Positions 14,197 to 22,772 of a stretch of 32,000 nucleotides of DNA are shown in pieces. The notes below the pieces were generated by a model that worked only from the letters and a program-made list of their open reading frames with translations, was not told where the DNA came from and did not search any database. The translations under genes were made by a program, and so were the position numbers. The stretch's first letter is position 1. Every line of letters begins with the position of its first letter. The stretch comes from Pasteurella multocida. GTDB taxonomy: Bacteria > Pseudomonadota > Gammaproteobacteria > Enterobacterales > Pasteurellaceae. Where the stretch lies: the NCBI RefSeq assembly GCF_900187275.1, contig NZ_LT906458.1:480001-512000 (forward strand), written 5' to 3'.

Positions 14197-14335
14197 CTGT
14201 GATTGTGGGTGGATATTCCACCTTAGGCAAGGTGATAAAAGAATAATAAAATCAGGTGTTGAAGTGATATAACATTTTGATAAAATAATAATATTTCAAC
14301 AGTTTATCCAGTAATAAATTGATGGAGATAATAAA
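14197..14335 (+). pseudogene. internally deleted second copy of the EndoU-like toxin fragment
   Basis: ggatattCCACCTTAGGCAAggtgataaaagaata matches 13421..13460, and aaatcaggtgttgaagtga...cagtttatcca matches 13684..13745. The ~220 bp between them is missing and there are multiple stops. Confidence 0.6.
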
Positions 14336-14728
14336 ATGAAAGTTCTTTTTAGTTATGGCACATATAATAATCGCCCACATAAAGCTTGCTGCGTTTATGA
14401 AAGTAATAATCGGGAAAATGATGAGGTGATTATTGATTATCTTAGCACGTTGGAACGTTTAAGTTGGATGAGTAAGGTATTAGAGATGCTTCGAGATTCA
14501 ACGATTACTCGGGATTGGATTAGTTCGCAGTCATTTGATGCCTTGATAGATCATGATCAAATAAAAGTGGGTTTCTATCTGTTAGATGATATGGAAGAAG
14601 AGGACATCCCTGATGATGTTGATGAGAGAGATACCGCTCCCCGTTTCATTCCCCGTAAAGAATTTGCCTATTTGCTAGAAAAATGGCTGGATTTTTACCA
14701 CAGACCTATTACTGATATGAATTACTAA
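14336..14728 (+). CDS. putative immunity protein for the EndoU-like toxin, paralog 2 (130 aa, C-terminally shortened)
   Basis: The central ~75 aa are nearly identical to paralog 1. It ends at TAA where paralog 1 has CAA (..DMNYQEIIDTKEAYL vs ..DMNY*), and the downstream DNA is still homologous. Confidence 0.7.
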   Translation: MKVLFSYGTYNNRPHKACCVYESNNRENDEVIIDYLSTLERLSWMSKVLEMLRDSTITRDWISSQSFDALIDHDQIKVGFYLLDDMEEEDIPDDVDERDTAPRFIPRKEFAYLLEKWLDFYHRPITDMNY

Positions 14729-14838
14729 GAAATTATCGATACTAAGGACGCATATTGATAATCAGCTTGAGAAAACATCCTCTGTTCTTTTATGCCTGAT
14801 ATTTAATTAAGCGAACAATAAGAGAGCGGAAACGTGAT

Positions 14839-15582
14839 TTACTTTTCTTTCCAATAACCGAGCCATTCTTTTAACAGCAACATATTTTTGTTCAGGGCAC
14901 CCGCTTGTGGGATAAAATACATCACATTAAGTCCATAACTTTGGGGTGAAATACCGTGCCCTACACTAGCAGGTAAAACCTCGAATCCTTGTTGTTCAAA
15001 AAGCAGTTTAGCACGTTGCATATGCCATTGGTTTGTTACGACAATAACGCGTTTAATGCCTTCTTTTTCGAGAATCTCACGACTAAACAAAGCATTCTCT
15101 TTGGTAGTTCTTGCCTTACCCTCCACCCATGTTGTTGGAACAGAAAAGAAAGTATTGAGTTCATTTGCCATGATTTGCGCTTCTGAAATTCCTTTTGGTG
15201 AACTACCTGTAATCAATAATGGAAGTTGGGTTTGCTTTTGTAAATAAGCAGCATAACGAACGCGCTCTAGCGGGATCGCACTCACCGTCAGCTTGTCGTA
15301 TAACTCTTTGCTATCACGTAATCCGCCTCCAAGTAATACAATCGCCTGGGCTTGTTGATAATCAGCTAGGCTTAACTTGTCTTCAATGACTAAGCTATCT
15401 TCAATCTTATGTGAAGTATAAGGCAAACTAAAAATATAGAGGATCGTGAGACCTAGGAGTGCACATAAACGGCTGAGTTTTTTATAATGTAAGACAGAAA
15501 AGAGCAAAGACAGTAGCCAAAGAATCAGCACATTAAATGGCGGAAGAATAACGACAGTAATGAGTTTTGTGAGTCCGAACAT
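14839..15582 (-). CDS. elyC: DUF218/YdcF-family envelope biogenesis protein (ElyC-like)
   Basis: Two N-terminal TM helices are followed by a DUF218 core (AIVLLGGG......SG......EA..M........P...I..E..A.TT.ENA......L...GI..VI.VT...HM.RA...F...G). Confidence 0.75.
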   Translation of the reverse strand: MFGLTKLITVVILPPFNVLILWLLSLLFSVLHYKKLSRLCALLGLTILYIFSLPYTSHKIEDSLVIEDKLSLADYQQAQAIVLLGGGLRDSKELYDKLTVSAIPLERVRYAAYLQKQTQLPLLITGSSPKGISEAQIMANELNTFFSVPTTWVEGKARTTKENALFSREILEKEGIKRVIVVTNQWHMQRAKLLFEQQGFEVLPASVGHGISPQSYGLNVMYFIPQAGALNKNMLLLKEWLGYWKEK

Positions 15583-15699
15583 GTTAAGTAAAGATAAGTA
15601 AAAGGTGTACTATTATTCATGATCTCCCCTTGGTTGTCTATTGTTTAAAATTGTATTGTTGTTAAAATGGCGCCTTAGTTATTTGACCTAGAGCACAGC

Positions 15700-16899
15700 A
15701 TGAAAGCCATTAAAGACAGTGCAATTTATTTATTCGGAGAGTTGATTTCCAGATCGGTGCCTTTCCTTTTATTACCGTATTTGTCCCGTAAATTAGGGGT
15801 AGAGGGTTTTGGTGAACTGTCTTACTATCAAACTTATCTTGCCTTATTTCTGATTATAGTTGGGTTAAGCCAAGAAGGTGCCATTGCGCGTTTTTTTTAC
15901 GTTTATGGTAAACGCGCCTTAAATTTAGTGGTAAATGCGGGATACGCTTATACCTTGTCTATTGGTAGCGTGATCTTAGCATTTTGCCTCTTCTTTAAGG
16001 CAGAGATGTTGGCGTATTTAGCACTTTCTGCGATTTTTCAATCTTTCTTGGCGGTCCAATTAAGTGTTCGGCAATGTCAGAAACAGGCTGTGGCGTATTC
16101 TGTCATCCAATTTCTTTCAGCAAGTTTATCCGCAGGTATCACCGTTTTCATGTTAGAAATGTATCAAACCGAGTTGGTAGAAAAGCGGATTTTGGCGATT
16201 TTATTCAGTAATTTGTTAGTTTTTCTGTTTGCTTATCTTTTATATCGCCAAAAAACACGGATAAAATCGTTTAATTTTCGTCAGTATAAGACCGCACTTT
16301 ATTATCTATTGGGCTTTGGCTTGCCATTAATCTTTCATAATGTCAGTCTATTTTTACGTGGACAGTTAGATCGGATTTTTATTTATCATGCCTTTAGTGA
16401 AGCGGAACTGGGGCTGTACGCGATGGGCGCACAAATTGCAGCAATTGTGATGATTCTGATTCAAGTGTTAAATAAAGCCTTAGTCCCTTATTTTTTTGAG
16501 GGCTTAAAACAGCAACGTATCACATTAGTGCAGGTACAACGATGGGCAAGATACAGTTTGTTATTGGTGCCGATCCCTGCTTTGATCATGTGGTTTATTC
16601 CAGAGCCATTTGTTGTTTGGTTATTAGGGAACCAATTTGTTGGCACTAAATACTATATTGTGCTGTTTTTGATTGCCACGACCCTCGTGGTGCCTTATCT
16701 GATTTTAGTGAATTATCTGTTTTATCATGGTCAGAATAAGTCAATTTCGATTTGTTCTGTGTTAACCACATTGATTTATGTGATCAGCTTATTGGGTTTG
16801 ACCCTCACCGAGATCCAGTTTGTGCCATTAGCCAGTATTATTGGTGCAATCAGCATTTTACCTGTGTTGTATTGGATGACGGCTAAAGTAGGAAAGTAA
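15700..16899 (+). CDS. wzx: oligosaccharide/polysaccharide flippase (Wzx, MOP superfamily)
   Basis: 399 aa with about 12 hydrophobic segments and a typical Wzx N-terminus (..[38 protein letters not shown]). It is the first gene of the glycosyltransferase operon. Confidence 0.75.
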   Translation: MKAIKDSAIYLFGELISRSVPFLLLPYLSRKLGVEGFGELSYYQTYLALFLIIVGLSQEGAIARFFYVYGKRALNLVVNAGYAYTLSIGSVILAFCLFFKAEMLAYLALSAIFQSFLAVQLSVRQCQKQAVAYSVIQFLSASLSAGITVFMLEMYQTELVEKRILAILFSNLLVFLFAYLLYRQKTRIKSFNFRQYKTALYYLLGFGLPLIFHNVSLFLRGQLDRIFIYHAFSEAELGLYAMGAQIAAIVMILIQVLNKALVPYFFEGLKQQRITLVQVQRWARYSLLLVPIPALIMWFIPEPFVVWLLGNQFVGTKYYIVLFLIATTLVVPYLILVNYLFYHGQNKSISICSVLTTLIYVISLLGLTLTEIQFVPLASIIGAISILPVLYWMTAKVGK

Positions 16900-16900
16900 A

Positions 16901-17827
16901 ATGAATTTGATTATTTGTTGTACACCGTTACAGGTGTTGATTGCAGAAAAAATTATCGCTAAATTTCCGCATACGTCATTTTATGGTGTCATGCTTTCAA
17001 CAGTCAGTAATAAAAAATTTGATTTTTATGCAAAGCGGCTTGCGCAACAGTGCCAAGGTTTTTTTTCCATGGTGCAGCATAAGGATCGCTTCAATCTATT
17101 AAAAGAAATTCTGTATTTAAAACGAACGTTTTCGGGTAAGCACTTTGATCAGGTTTTTGTGGCAAACATTAATGACTTACAAATTCAGTTTTTATTAAGT
17201 GCCATTGACTTTAATCTGTTAAATACCTTTGATGACGGCACAATTAATATTGTACCGAATAGTCTTTTTTACCAAGATGACCCTGCCACGTTGCAGCGAA
17301 AACTGATTAATGTGCTGTTAGGTAATAAATACAGTATTCAATCATTACGCGCTTTATCCCATACACACTACACTATTTATAAAGGCTTCAAGAATATTAT
17401 TGAACGGGTGGAGCCGATTGAATTGGTCGCAGCAGATAACAGTGAAAAAGTCACTTCAGCGGTGATTAACGTATTGCTTGGGCAACCCGTTTTTGCTGAA
17501 GATGAACGCAATATTGCCTTAGCGGAACGCGTGATCAAACAATTTAATATTCATTATTATTTGCCTCATCCACGCGAAAAGTATCGTTTAGCCCAAGTCA
17601 ATTACATTGATACGGAATTGATCTTTGAAGATTATATTCTTCAGCAATGTCAAACCCACAAATACTGTGTTTATACATATTTTAGTAGCGCCATTATTAA
17701 TATCATGAATAAAAGTGACAATATTGAAGTGGTAGCATTAAAAATTGACACAGAAAATCCCGCCTATGATGCTTGTTATGATTTGTTTGATGAGCTAGGC
17801 GTTAACGTTATTGATATAAGAGAGTAA
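16901..17827 (+). CDS. GT52-family LOS sialyltransferase (Lst/LsgB/SiaA-like)
   Basis: The N-terminus MNLIICCTPLQVLIAEKII is the signature start of Pasteurellaceae/Neisseria GT52 sialyltransferases. Size and context fit, and the gene is separated from wzx by 1 nt. Confidence 0.75.
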   Translation: MNLIICCTPLQVLIAEKIIAKFPHTSFYGVMLSTVSNKKFDFYAKRLAQQCQGFFSMVQHKDRFNLLKEILYLKRTFSGKHFDQVFVANINDLQIQFLLSAIDFNLLNTFDDGTINIVPNSLFYQDDPATLQRKLINVLLGNKYSIQSLRALSHTHYTIYKGFKNIIERVEPIELVAADNSEKVTSAVINVLLGQPVFAEDERNIALAERVIKQFNIHYYLPHPREKYRLAQVNYIDTELIFEDYILQQCQTHKYCVYTYFSSAIINIMNKSDNIEVVALKIDTENPAYDACYDLFDELGVNVIDIRE

Positions 17828-17828
17828 T

Positions 17829-18614
17829 ATGCAGAAATGGCTTATTTCATTAGAAAAAGATCACGCGCGTCGTGAGCATTTTTTTGCTCAACCAGATACG
17901 GCGGACTTCACTGTCTTTTCTGCAATGAATACCATGCAGGAAAGTTGGGAAAATTTGACCGCACTTTTTGATCTTAACCGTTTTCAACAATATTATGGGC
18001 GAGCGGTGACTAAAGGGGAAGTGGGGTGTACGCTCAGTCATTTTGCGGTGTACCAACAGATCGTAGGCGATGCCACGATATCAGAAAATGACTATTGTTT
18101 AGTCTGTGAAGACGATGTGCTGTTTAATCAAGGTTTTCAGCGACATCTTGAGACGTTACTGACACAAAAACCGCAGGCAGATGTCATTTTAGTTGGACAA
18201 TCAAAAATTGATCACTTTGAGGCAAGCGAGCTCGAAATTAATTATCCGACGACATTTGCGTGTTGTGCAAAGAAAATTGCCCATTCGTCATTTTATTACG
18301 CATATCCTTATAAAAATTACTTTGCAGGAACCGTGGCGTATTTGATTAAGAAATCTGCGGCTCGAGTATTTATTGAACAATCACAACAAGGACAACGTCC
18401 ATTCTGGTTAGCGGATGATTTTATCTTATTTGGTCGCGATTTTTGCTTGGACATCATGGTCGTGCGCCCATTATTGGCGATTGAAAACCCCGCATTAGTC
18501 AGTAATTTAGAGGCGAGTCGAGGCTCGGTTTCACATCATTTATGGCAGAAATGGCTGAAATATCCGTTGAAAAAATGGTTAGCAATTCAACGTAATTTTC
18601 AGATTAAAGGTTAG
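17829..18614 (+). CDS. GT25-family LOS glycosyltransferase (Lic2B/LpsA/LgtB-like)
   Basis: ..ISLEKDHARREHF........F.VFSA......GEVGCTLSH........CLVCEDDV.. is the typical GT25 layout. Confidence 0.7.
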   Translation: MQKWLISLEKDHARREHFFAQPDTADFTVFSAMNTMQESWENLTALFDLNRFQQYYGRAVTKGEVGCTLSHFAVYQQIVGDATISENDYCLVCEDDVLFNQGFQRHLETLLTQKPQADVILVGQSKIDHFEASELEINYPTTFACCAKKIAHSSFYYAYPYKNYFAGTVAYLIKKSAARVFIEQSQQGQRPFWLADDFILFGRDFCLDIMVVRPLLAIENPALVSNLEASRGSVSHHLWQKWLKYPLKKWLAIQRNFQIKG

Positions 18615-18623
18615 GTACAGGGT

Positions 18624-19811
18624 ATGTCAGCATTATTGAATTTCTTTTATTTGTACGATCCTTGGTTAGCGCATGTTTTTCGCATGGCCTTTTTTAGCGG
18701 TGTGATTGCCTGTGTGGTGTTAGCCTATCGGGTATATCAAAAACAGTTACCACAAGGTATTTTGCTTCCGCTAGACAGTATTGGCGTGATTCTTGCGTTG
18801 ATTTTATTGAGCCTCATACCGACGCTGATAAACGGGACAAACGAGTTTGCTGTCGCCAAAATGTATGTCAAAACGTTGTTACTGTTTTTGTTTGGAGTGG
18901 CGATTTATCATGTATTTTATTGCCATCATCAAGGCAAAACACAGTTGATACGTGATTTAAAAATCGGGATTGTGGTACAAGCCGTCGTGGGTATCGTTGC
19001 ACTTATGGGCGTGGCTTTTATGATTGATTTTGCGTTATCAACGAATACGCTATTACCTCGCTTTTATCAGTCAGAGCAAGAATACCGTTTATACAATCTC
19101 ACTTCTTCCGCGTTTTTCCAGCTCAGTATTTTCTATTTGATGCTGTTACATTTTTTATTGGCCTATAATGCAAAAACGAATCAAATATCACCAATATTTG
19201 TGTTTTTATTGCTGTTTATTGGCTTAATTTCAGGCCGAACTTTCTTTATGTTGTCTGTTGTTAGTATTTTGATTTATTTTAAATGGCGTTATTTACCAGT
19301 CTTGTTCTTGTTTGCTGGTCTTGTGTTGTTCTTCGCCCTGAATTTCCCACAACATAAATATGTCGCACATGCGTTAGAACCGGTGATTAATTTACTGTCA
19401 CATCAAGACGTAAGCAAGATCAGTTCATCAAGTGAGAATTTGATTAAAAATCAGTTGTTTATCCCAACGTTTAAACAATTTTTGATGGGGGATGGTTATT
19501 ATTACACCGCCGAAGGGAAATATTATGGTGCTACCGATTCAGGGTTTCTTCGCCAAGTTTTGTATGGTGGGCTAGGTTATTTAGTAGTGTGTTTTTTGTT
19601 TACCTTCTATTTTGTCAAACGGGTAGCGGATAACTGGTTTGACGGTAGTTGGCGCTTTATGCTGTCCACAGTATTTATTTTAAGTGTATTACACGTCAAA
19701 GCTGACACCTATGCCTTTCCCGGTATTATGCTAGTTTTATTGATGTTCTTATCGTTATTTGGCACGACGGGAAAATACCGTATTTTCTGTCAAGCGCGAG
19801 AGGGGGCATAA
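18624..19811 (+). CDS. O-antigen polymerase/ligase-family polytopic membrane protein (Wzy/WaaL-like)
   Basis: 395 aa with at least 10 hydrophobic segments and a larger loop near residues 250-300. It lies inside the glycan operon and its stop overlaps the next ATG. Confidence 0.6.
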   Translation: MSALLNFFYLYDPWLAHVFRMAFFSGVIACVVLAYRVYQKQLPQGILLPLDSIGVILALILLSLIPTLINGTNEFAVAKMYVKTLLLFLFGVAIYHVFYCHHQGKTQLIRDLKIGIVVQAVVGIVALMGVAFMIDFALSTNTLLPRFYQSEQEYRLYNLTSSAFFQLSIFYLMLLHFLLAYNAKTNQISPIFVFLLLFIGLISGRTFFMLSVVSILIYFKWRYLPVLFLFAGLVLFFALNFPQHKYVAHALEPVINLLSHQDVSKISSSSENLIKNQLFIPTFKQFLMGDGYYYTAEGKYYGATDSGFLRQVLYGGLGYLVVCFLFTFYFVKRVADNWFDGSWRFMLSTVFILSVLHVKADTYAFPGIMLVLLMFLSLFGTTGKYRIFCQAREGA

Positions 19812-20695
19812 TGTTTAGTATTATTGTGCCGTCTTACAATCGACAAGCGGAAATCCCTGCGTTGTTGGAAAGTTTGCATCAGCAAACCGTAACGCATTTT
19901 GAAGTGATTATTGTCGATGATTGTTCCCGTGAACCGGTTGAGATCAATCAAGAATATGCTTTCCCTTGCACAGTCATCCGTAATCCGCAAAATTTAGGGG
20001 CAGCAGAAAGTCGTAATGTGGGGGCAAGACAAGCACGTTATGACTGGTTGCTTTTTTTAGATGATGATGATCGGTTTTTAGCAGAAAAATGTGCTGTTTT
20101 AGCTCAAGCTATCGTTCAGCATCCGGAAGTGAACTTTATCTATCATCCAGCATACTGTGTGATGGTTAATGAAGGGTTTACTTACCAGACTCACCCTTAT
20201 GCAGACCCTACGTTATTAACCTTAGAGAATTTGCTCCGTGCCAATAAAATTGGTGGGATGCCGATGATTGCGGTGCAAAAATCGCTTTTTTTAAAGGTTG
20301 GCGGGTTATCTTCTTATTTAAGGGCATTGGAAGACTATGAATTTTTGTTAAAGCTGGTGTCTGATGAGGATTTCCAACCTTTATATGTGGAGCAAGCATT
20401 GACACGTTGTACTTTTCATACTAAACGTGCCAGTGTATCCACCAATACTTCACATACGGAACAGGCGATTGAAGAAATTAAAGCACGTTATGTTAAAACG
20501 ACACAACAAGCACAAGCGTTTGAGTTAAATGCGTTATATATGCTGGCGTATCCCCATATGATGAATTTATCACGGGGCGCTGCACGTTATTACGCCGGCA
20601 TGTTTCGCAAAAGCGGGCAACTTAAATATGGCATATTGGCGTTACTCACTTGTCTTTCGCCTAAATTGGTTATTCAGATGAAAAGGTTTATTTAA
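19811..20695 (+). CDS. GT2-family glycosyltransferase
   Basis: MFSIIVPSYNRQAEIPALLESLHQQT..HFEVIIVDDCS....NLGAAESRN.G......DWLLFLDDDD is the canonical GT2 N-terminal domain with DxD. The starts overlap (TAATG). Confidence 0.85.
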   Translation: MFSIIVPSYNRQAEIPALLESLHQQTVTHFEVIIVDDCSREPVEINQEYAFPCTVIRNPQNLGAAESRNVGARQARYDWLLFLDDDDRFLAEKCAVLAQAIVQHPEVNFIYHPAYCVMVNEGFTYQTHPYADPTLLTLENLLRANKIGGMPMIAVQKSLFLKVGGLSSYLRALEDYEFLLKLVSDEDFQPLYVEQALTRCTFHTKRASVSTNTSHTEQAIEEIKARYVKTTQQAQAFELNALYMLAYPHMMNLSRGAARYYAGMFRKSGQLKYGILALLTCLSPKLVIQMKRFI

Positions 20696-21495
20696 TGAAA
20701 TTTTCTGTTTTGATGTCTTTGTATGTGAAAGAAAATCCCTTGTATTTAAGGGAATGTTTCGAGAGCTTACAACAGCAAACTTTACCCGCAGATGAAATTG
20801 TATTGGTGTTTGATGGTCCGGTCAGTGAAGAATTAGAAGCGATTGTACAGCAGTTTGAAATGCGCTTACCGATTAAAACAGTGAAATTGGCACAAAATCG
20901 TGGCTTGGGTAAGGCGTTAAATGAAGGCTTATTGCATTGTTCTTACGATTGGGTATTTCGCATGGACACCGATGATATTTGTGTGCCGACCCGTTTTGAA
21001 AAACAGGTAGCCTATATCCAGCAACATCCCGATGTAATCATTGTGGGTGGACAAATTGCCGAATTTGGGCAGTCGCTTGATGAGATTGTCAGTTATCGAA
21101 ACGTGCCACTTAGCAAAGCCGACATTGTGCAATTTACCCGAAAGCGCTGTCCATTTAATCATATGACAGTGGCTTATCAAAAACAGGCTGTCTTAGCTTG
21201 TGGTGGTTATGAAGATCTGCAAGAAGATTATTATTTGTGGATTAAATTAGTGGCAAGTGGTCACAATGTGGCGAACTTACCTGATATTTTGGTTTATGCT
21301 CGTGTCGGAAATGGCATGGTGGGGCGTCGCCGGGGGCTTGCTCAAGCACAAGCGGAATGGCGCTTATTTAAGTTGAAATATCGCGTAAAGTTACAGGGTA
21401 TGTTATCAGGCTTATTCACCTTTTTATTACGGGCATTACCACGCTTATTGCCCACTTCATTGTTACGTATCATTTATCAATTTTTAAGAAAGTAG
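20695..21495 (+). CDS. GT2-family glycosyltransferase (AmsE/WcaA-like)
   Basis: FSVLMSLYVKENP.YL.EC.ESL.QQTL.ADEIVLV.DGPV......NRGLGKALNEGL..C..DWVFRMDTDD. The starts overlap (TAATG). Confidence 0.85.
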   Translation: MKFSVLMSLYVKENPLYLRECFESLQQQTLPADEIVLVFDGPVSEELEAIVQQFEMRLPIKTVKLAQNRGLGKALNEGLLHCSYDWVFRMDTDDICVPTRFEKQVAYIQQHPDVIIVGGQIAEFGQSLDEIVSYRNVPLSKADIVQFTRKRCPFNHMTVAYQKQAVLACGGYEDLQEDYYLWIKLVASGHNVANLPDILVYARVGNGMVGRRRGLAQAQAEWRLFKLKYRVKLQGMLSGLFTFLLRALPRLLPTSLLRIIYQFLRK

Positions 21496-21505
21496 GACAG
21501 GTATT

Positions 21506-22600
21506 GTGTTAGTTAAATCATGGTTTCGCCTCAGTGCATTATTGATGAGCCTTATCTTAGTTGGTTGTGCAAATAAGCCGCCTATTACGCCATTAGCGGC
21601 AGGAAGCCAATTCCAAAAAGCGCGTCAGGTAGAAAACTTTTCAGATTATGTGCTCTTTTTAAAACGCAAAGCGCGTGCTGAAGGCGTCTCTGAGCAAACG
21701 CTCAATGATCATAATGATATCCAGTATATTTCCAGAGCGATTGAGCTTGATAGACAACAAGCAGGTCGTGTTCAAAAACGTGATCCTAATGCGCCCGTTC
21801 GTTCCAATCCACATGGCACAACGCATTATCTTGATCGGGTGTTAACACTACGTAAAGTGGATGTGGCGACCTCACGTTATTGGGAGCAACAAGCCCAATT
21901 AGAAAAGGCAAGTCAACGTTTTGGTGTGCAAAAAGAATACCTCATGTCTTTATGGGGTATGGAAAGCAGTTTTGGGCATTATCAAGGGCAATATGATGTA
22001 CTGTCTGTATTGGCTACTTTAGCTTTTGAAGGACGCCGAGAAAGCTTGTTTAGCCGTGAATTTGTTTCTGCCATGAAAATGTTAGAACGTCGTGATATCC
22101 CTCGCCAGAAAATGTTAGGCTCATGGGCGGGAGCGATGGGACAAACTCAATTTATGCCAAGTTCTTATTTACGCTATGCCGCCGATGGTAATCATGACGG
22201 CGAAAAAGACATTTGGAAAAACCACGATGATGTGTTTGCCTCAATTGCCAGTTATTTGAGTACAGTTGGTTGGGATAAACAATTACCATGGGGGGTAGAA
22301 GTGCAGTTGACCAGACCTCTCGATATCGCCTTGTCTGGTATTGAGCATCAGAAAAAACGCCCCTTAACTGCTTGGCAACATTTAGGCGTCGCACTCAAGT
22401 CAAATAGCCTTCAAAATCAAGAAAAGCTGAGTGCACTTTCTGGTGCAGATTTATGGCTTGTGCAACCTGATCGTGAAGTAGGGCGCGCCTTTTTAGTGTC
22501 AAATAATTACCGCACATTACTCGATTGGAATCGCTCAAATTATTTTGCGGTGAGTATTGGCATGTTTGCTGATCGCATTAAATATCAGTTAGGTTTGTAA
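21506..22600 (+). CDS. mltB: membrane-bound lytic murein transglycosylase B
   Basis: Lipobox LILVGC with a GTG start. LWGMESSFG...GAMGQTQFMPSSYLRYA.DGN.DG.KDIW are MltB hallmarks. Confidence 0.9.
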   Translation: MLVKSWFRLSALLMSLILVGCANKPPITPLAAGSQFQKARQVENFSDYVLFLKRKARAEGVSEQTLNDHNDIQYISRAIELDRQQAGRVQKRDPNAPVRSNPHGTTHYLDRVLTLRKVDVATSRYWEQQAQLEKASQRFGVQKEYLMSLWGMESSFGHYQGQYDVLSVLATLAFEGRRESLFSREFVSAMKMLERRDIPRQKMLGSWAGAMGQTQFMPSSYLRYAADGNHDGEKDIWKNHDDVFASIASYLSTVGWDKQLPWGVEVQLTRPLDIALSGIEHQKKRPLTAWQHLGVALKSNSLQNQEKLSALSGADLWLVQPDREVGRAFLVSNNYRTLLDWNRSNYFAVSIGMFADRIKYQLGL

Positions 22601-22772
22601 CGCGATTGATGTAAAACGATTGCCTCCCCGTCATCATTTGCTTTGATGTGTTGATTTTTGAGTGAAAAAACAATGCATCAAGGCTTTTCTTTTGTTAGAA
22701 TTCGGTGGAAAAACACCTCTCATTTTATCCTGTTTTTCAGCATTTCATTTTCATCATCACTTAGGAATCATA

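Noticed and set aside
17879-17885. T7 homopolymer near the 5' end of the GT25 gene as a phase-variation tract
   Set aside because: Seven residues is short for slipped-strand switching. Pasteurellaceae LOS phase variation typically uses longer tetranucleotide or poly-G/C tracts, and none is present in this operon.
22610-22625. PurR-box-like sequence (TGTAAAACGATTGCCT) upstream of the purine permease
   Set aside because: Only about 10 of 16 positions match the enteric PurR operator as I recall it, and the left half-site is poor. This is not sufficient to call.
22662-22772. 37-aa N-terminal extension of the purine permease, and similar extensions at 24071, 30853, 11339, 6931, 8399, 9589 and 10657
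   Set aside because: In each case homology or paralog alignment begins at a downstream ATG with a better SD. The upstream codons read through a terminator, a junction repeat or a toxin tail.
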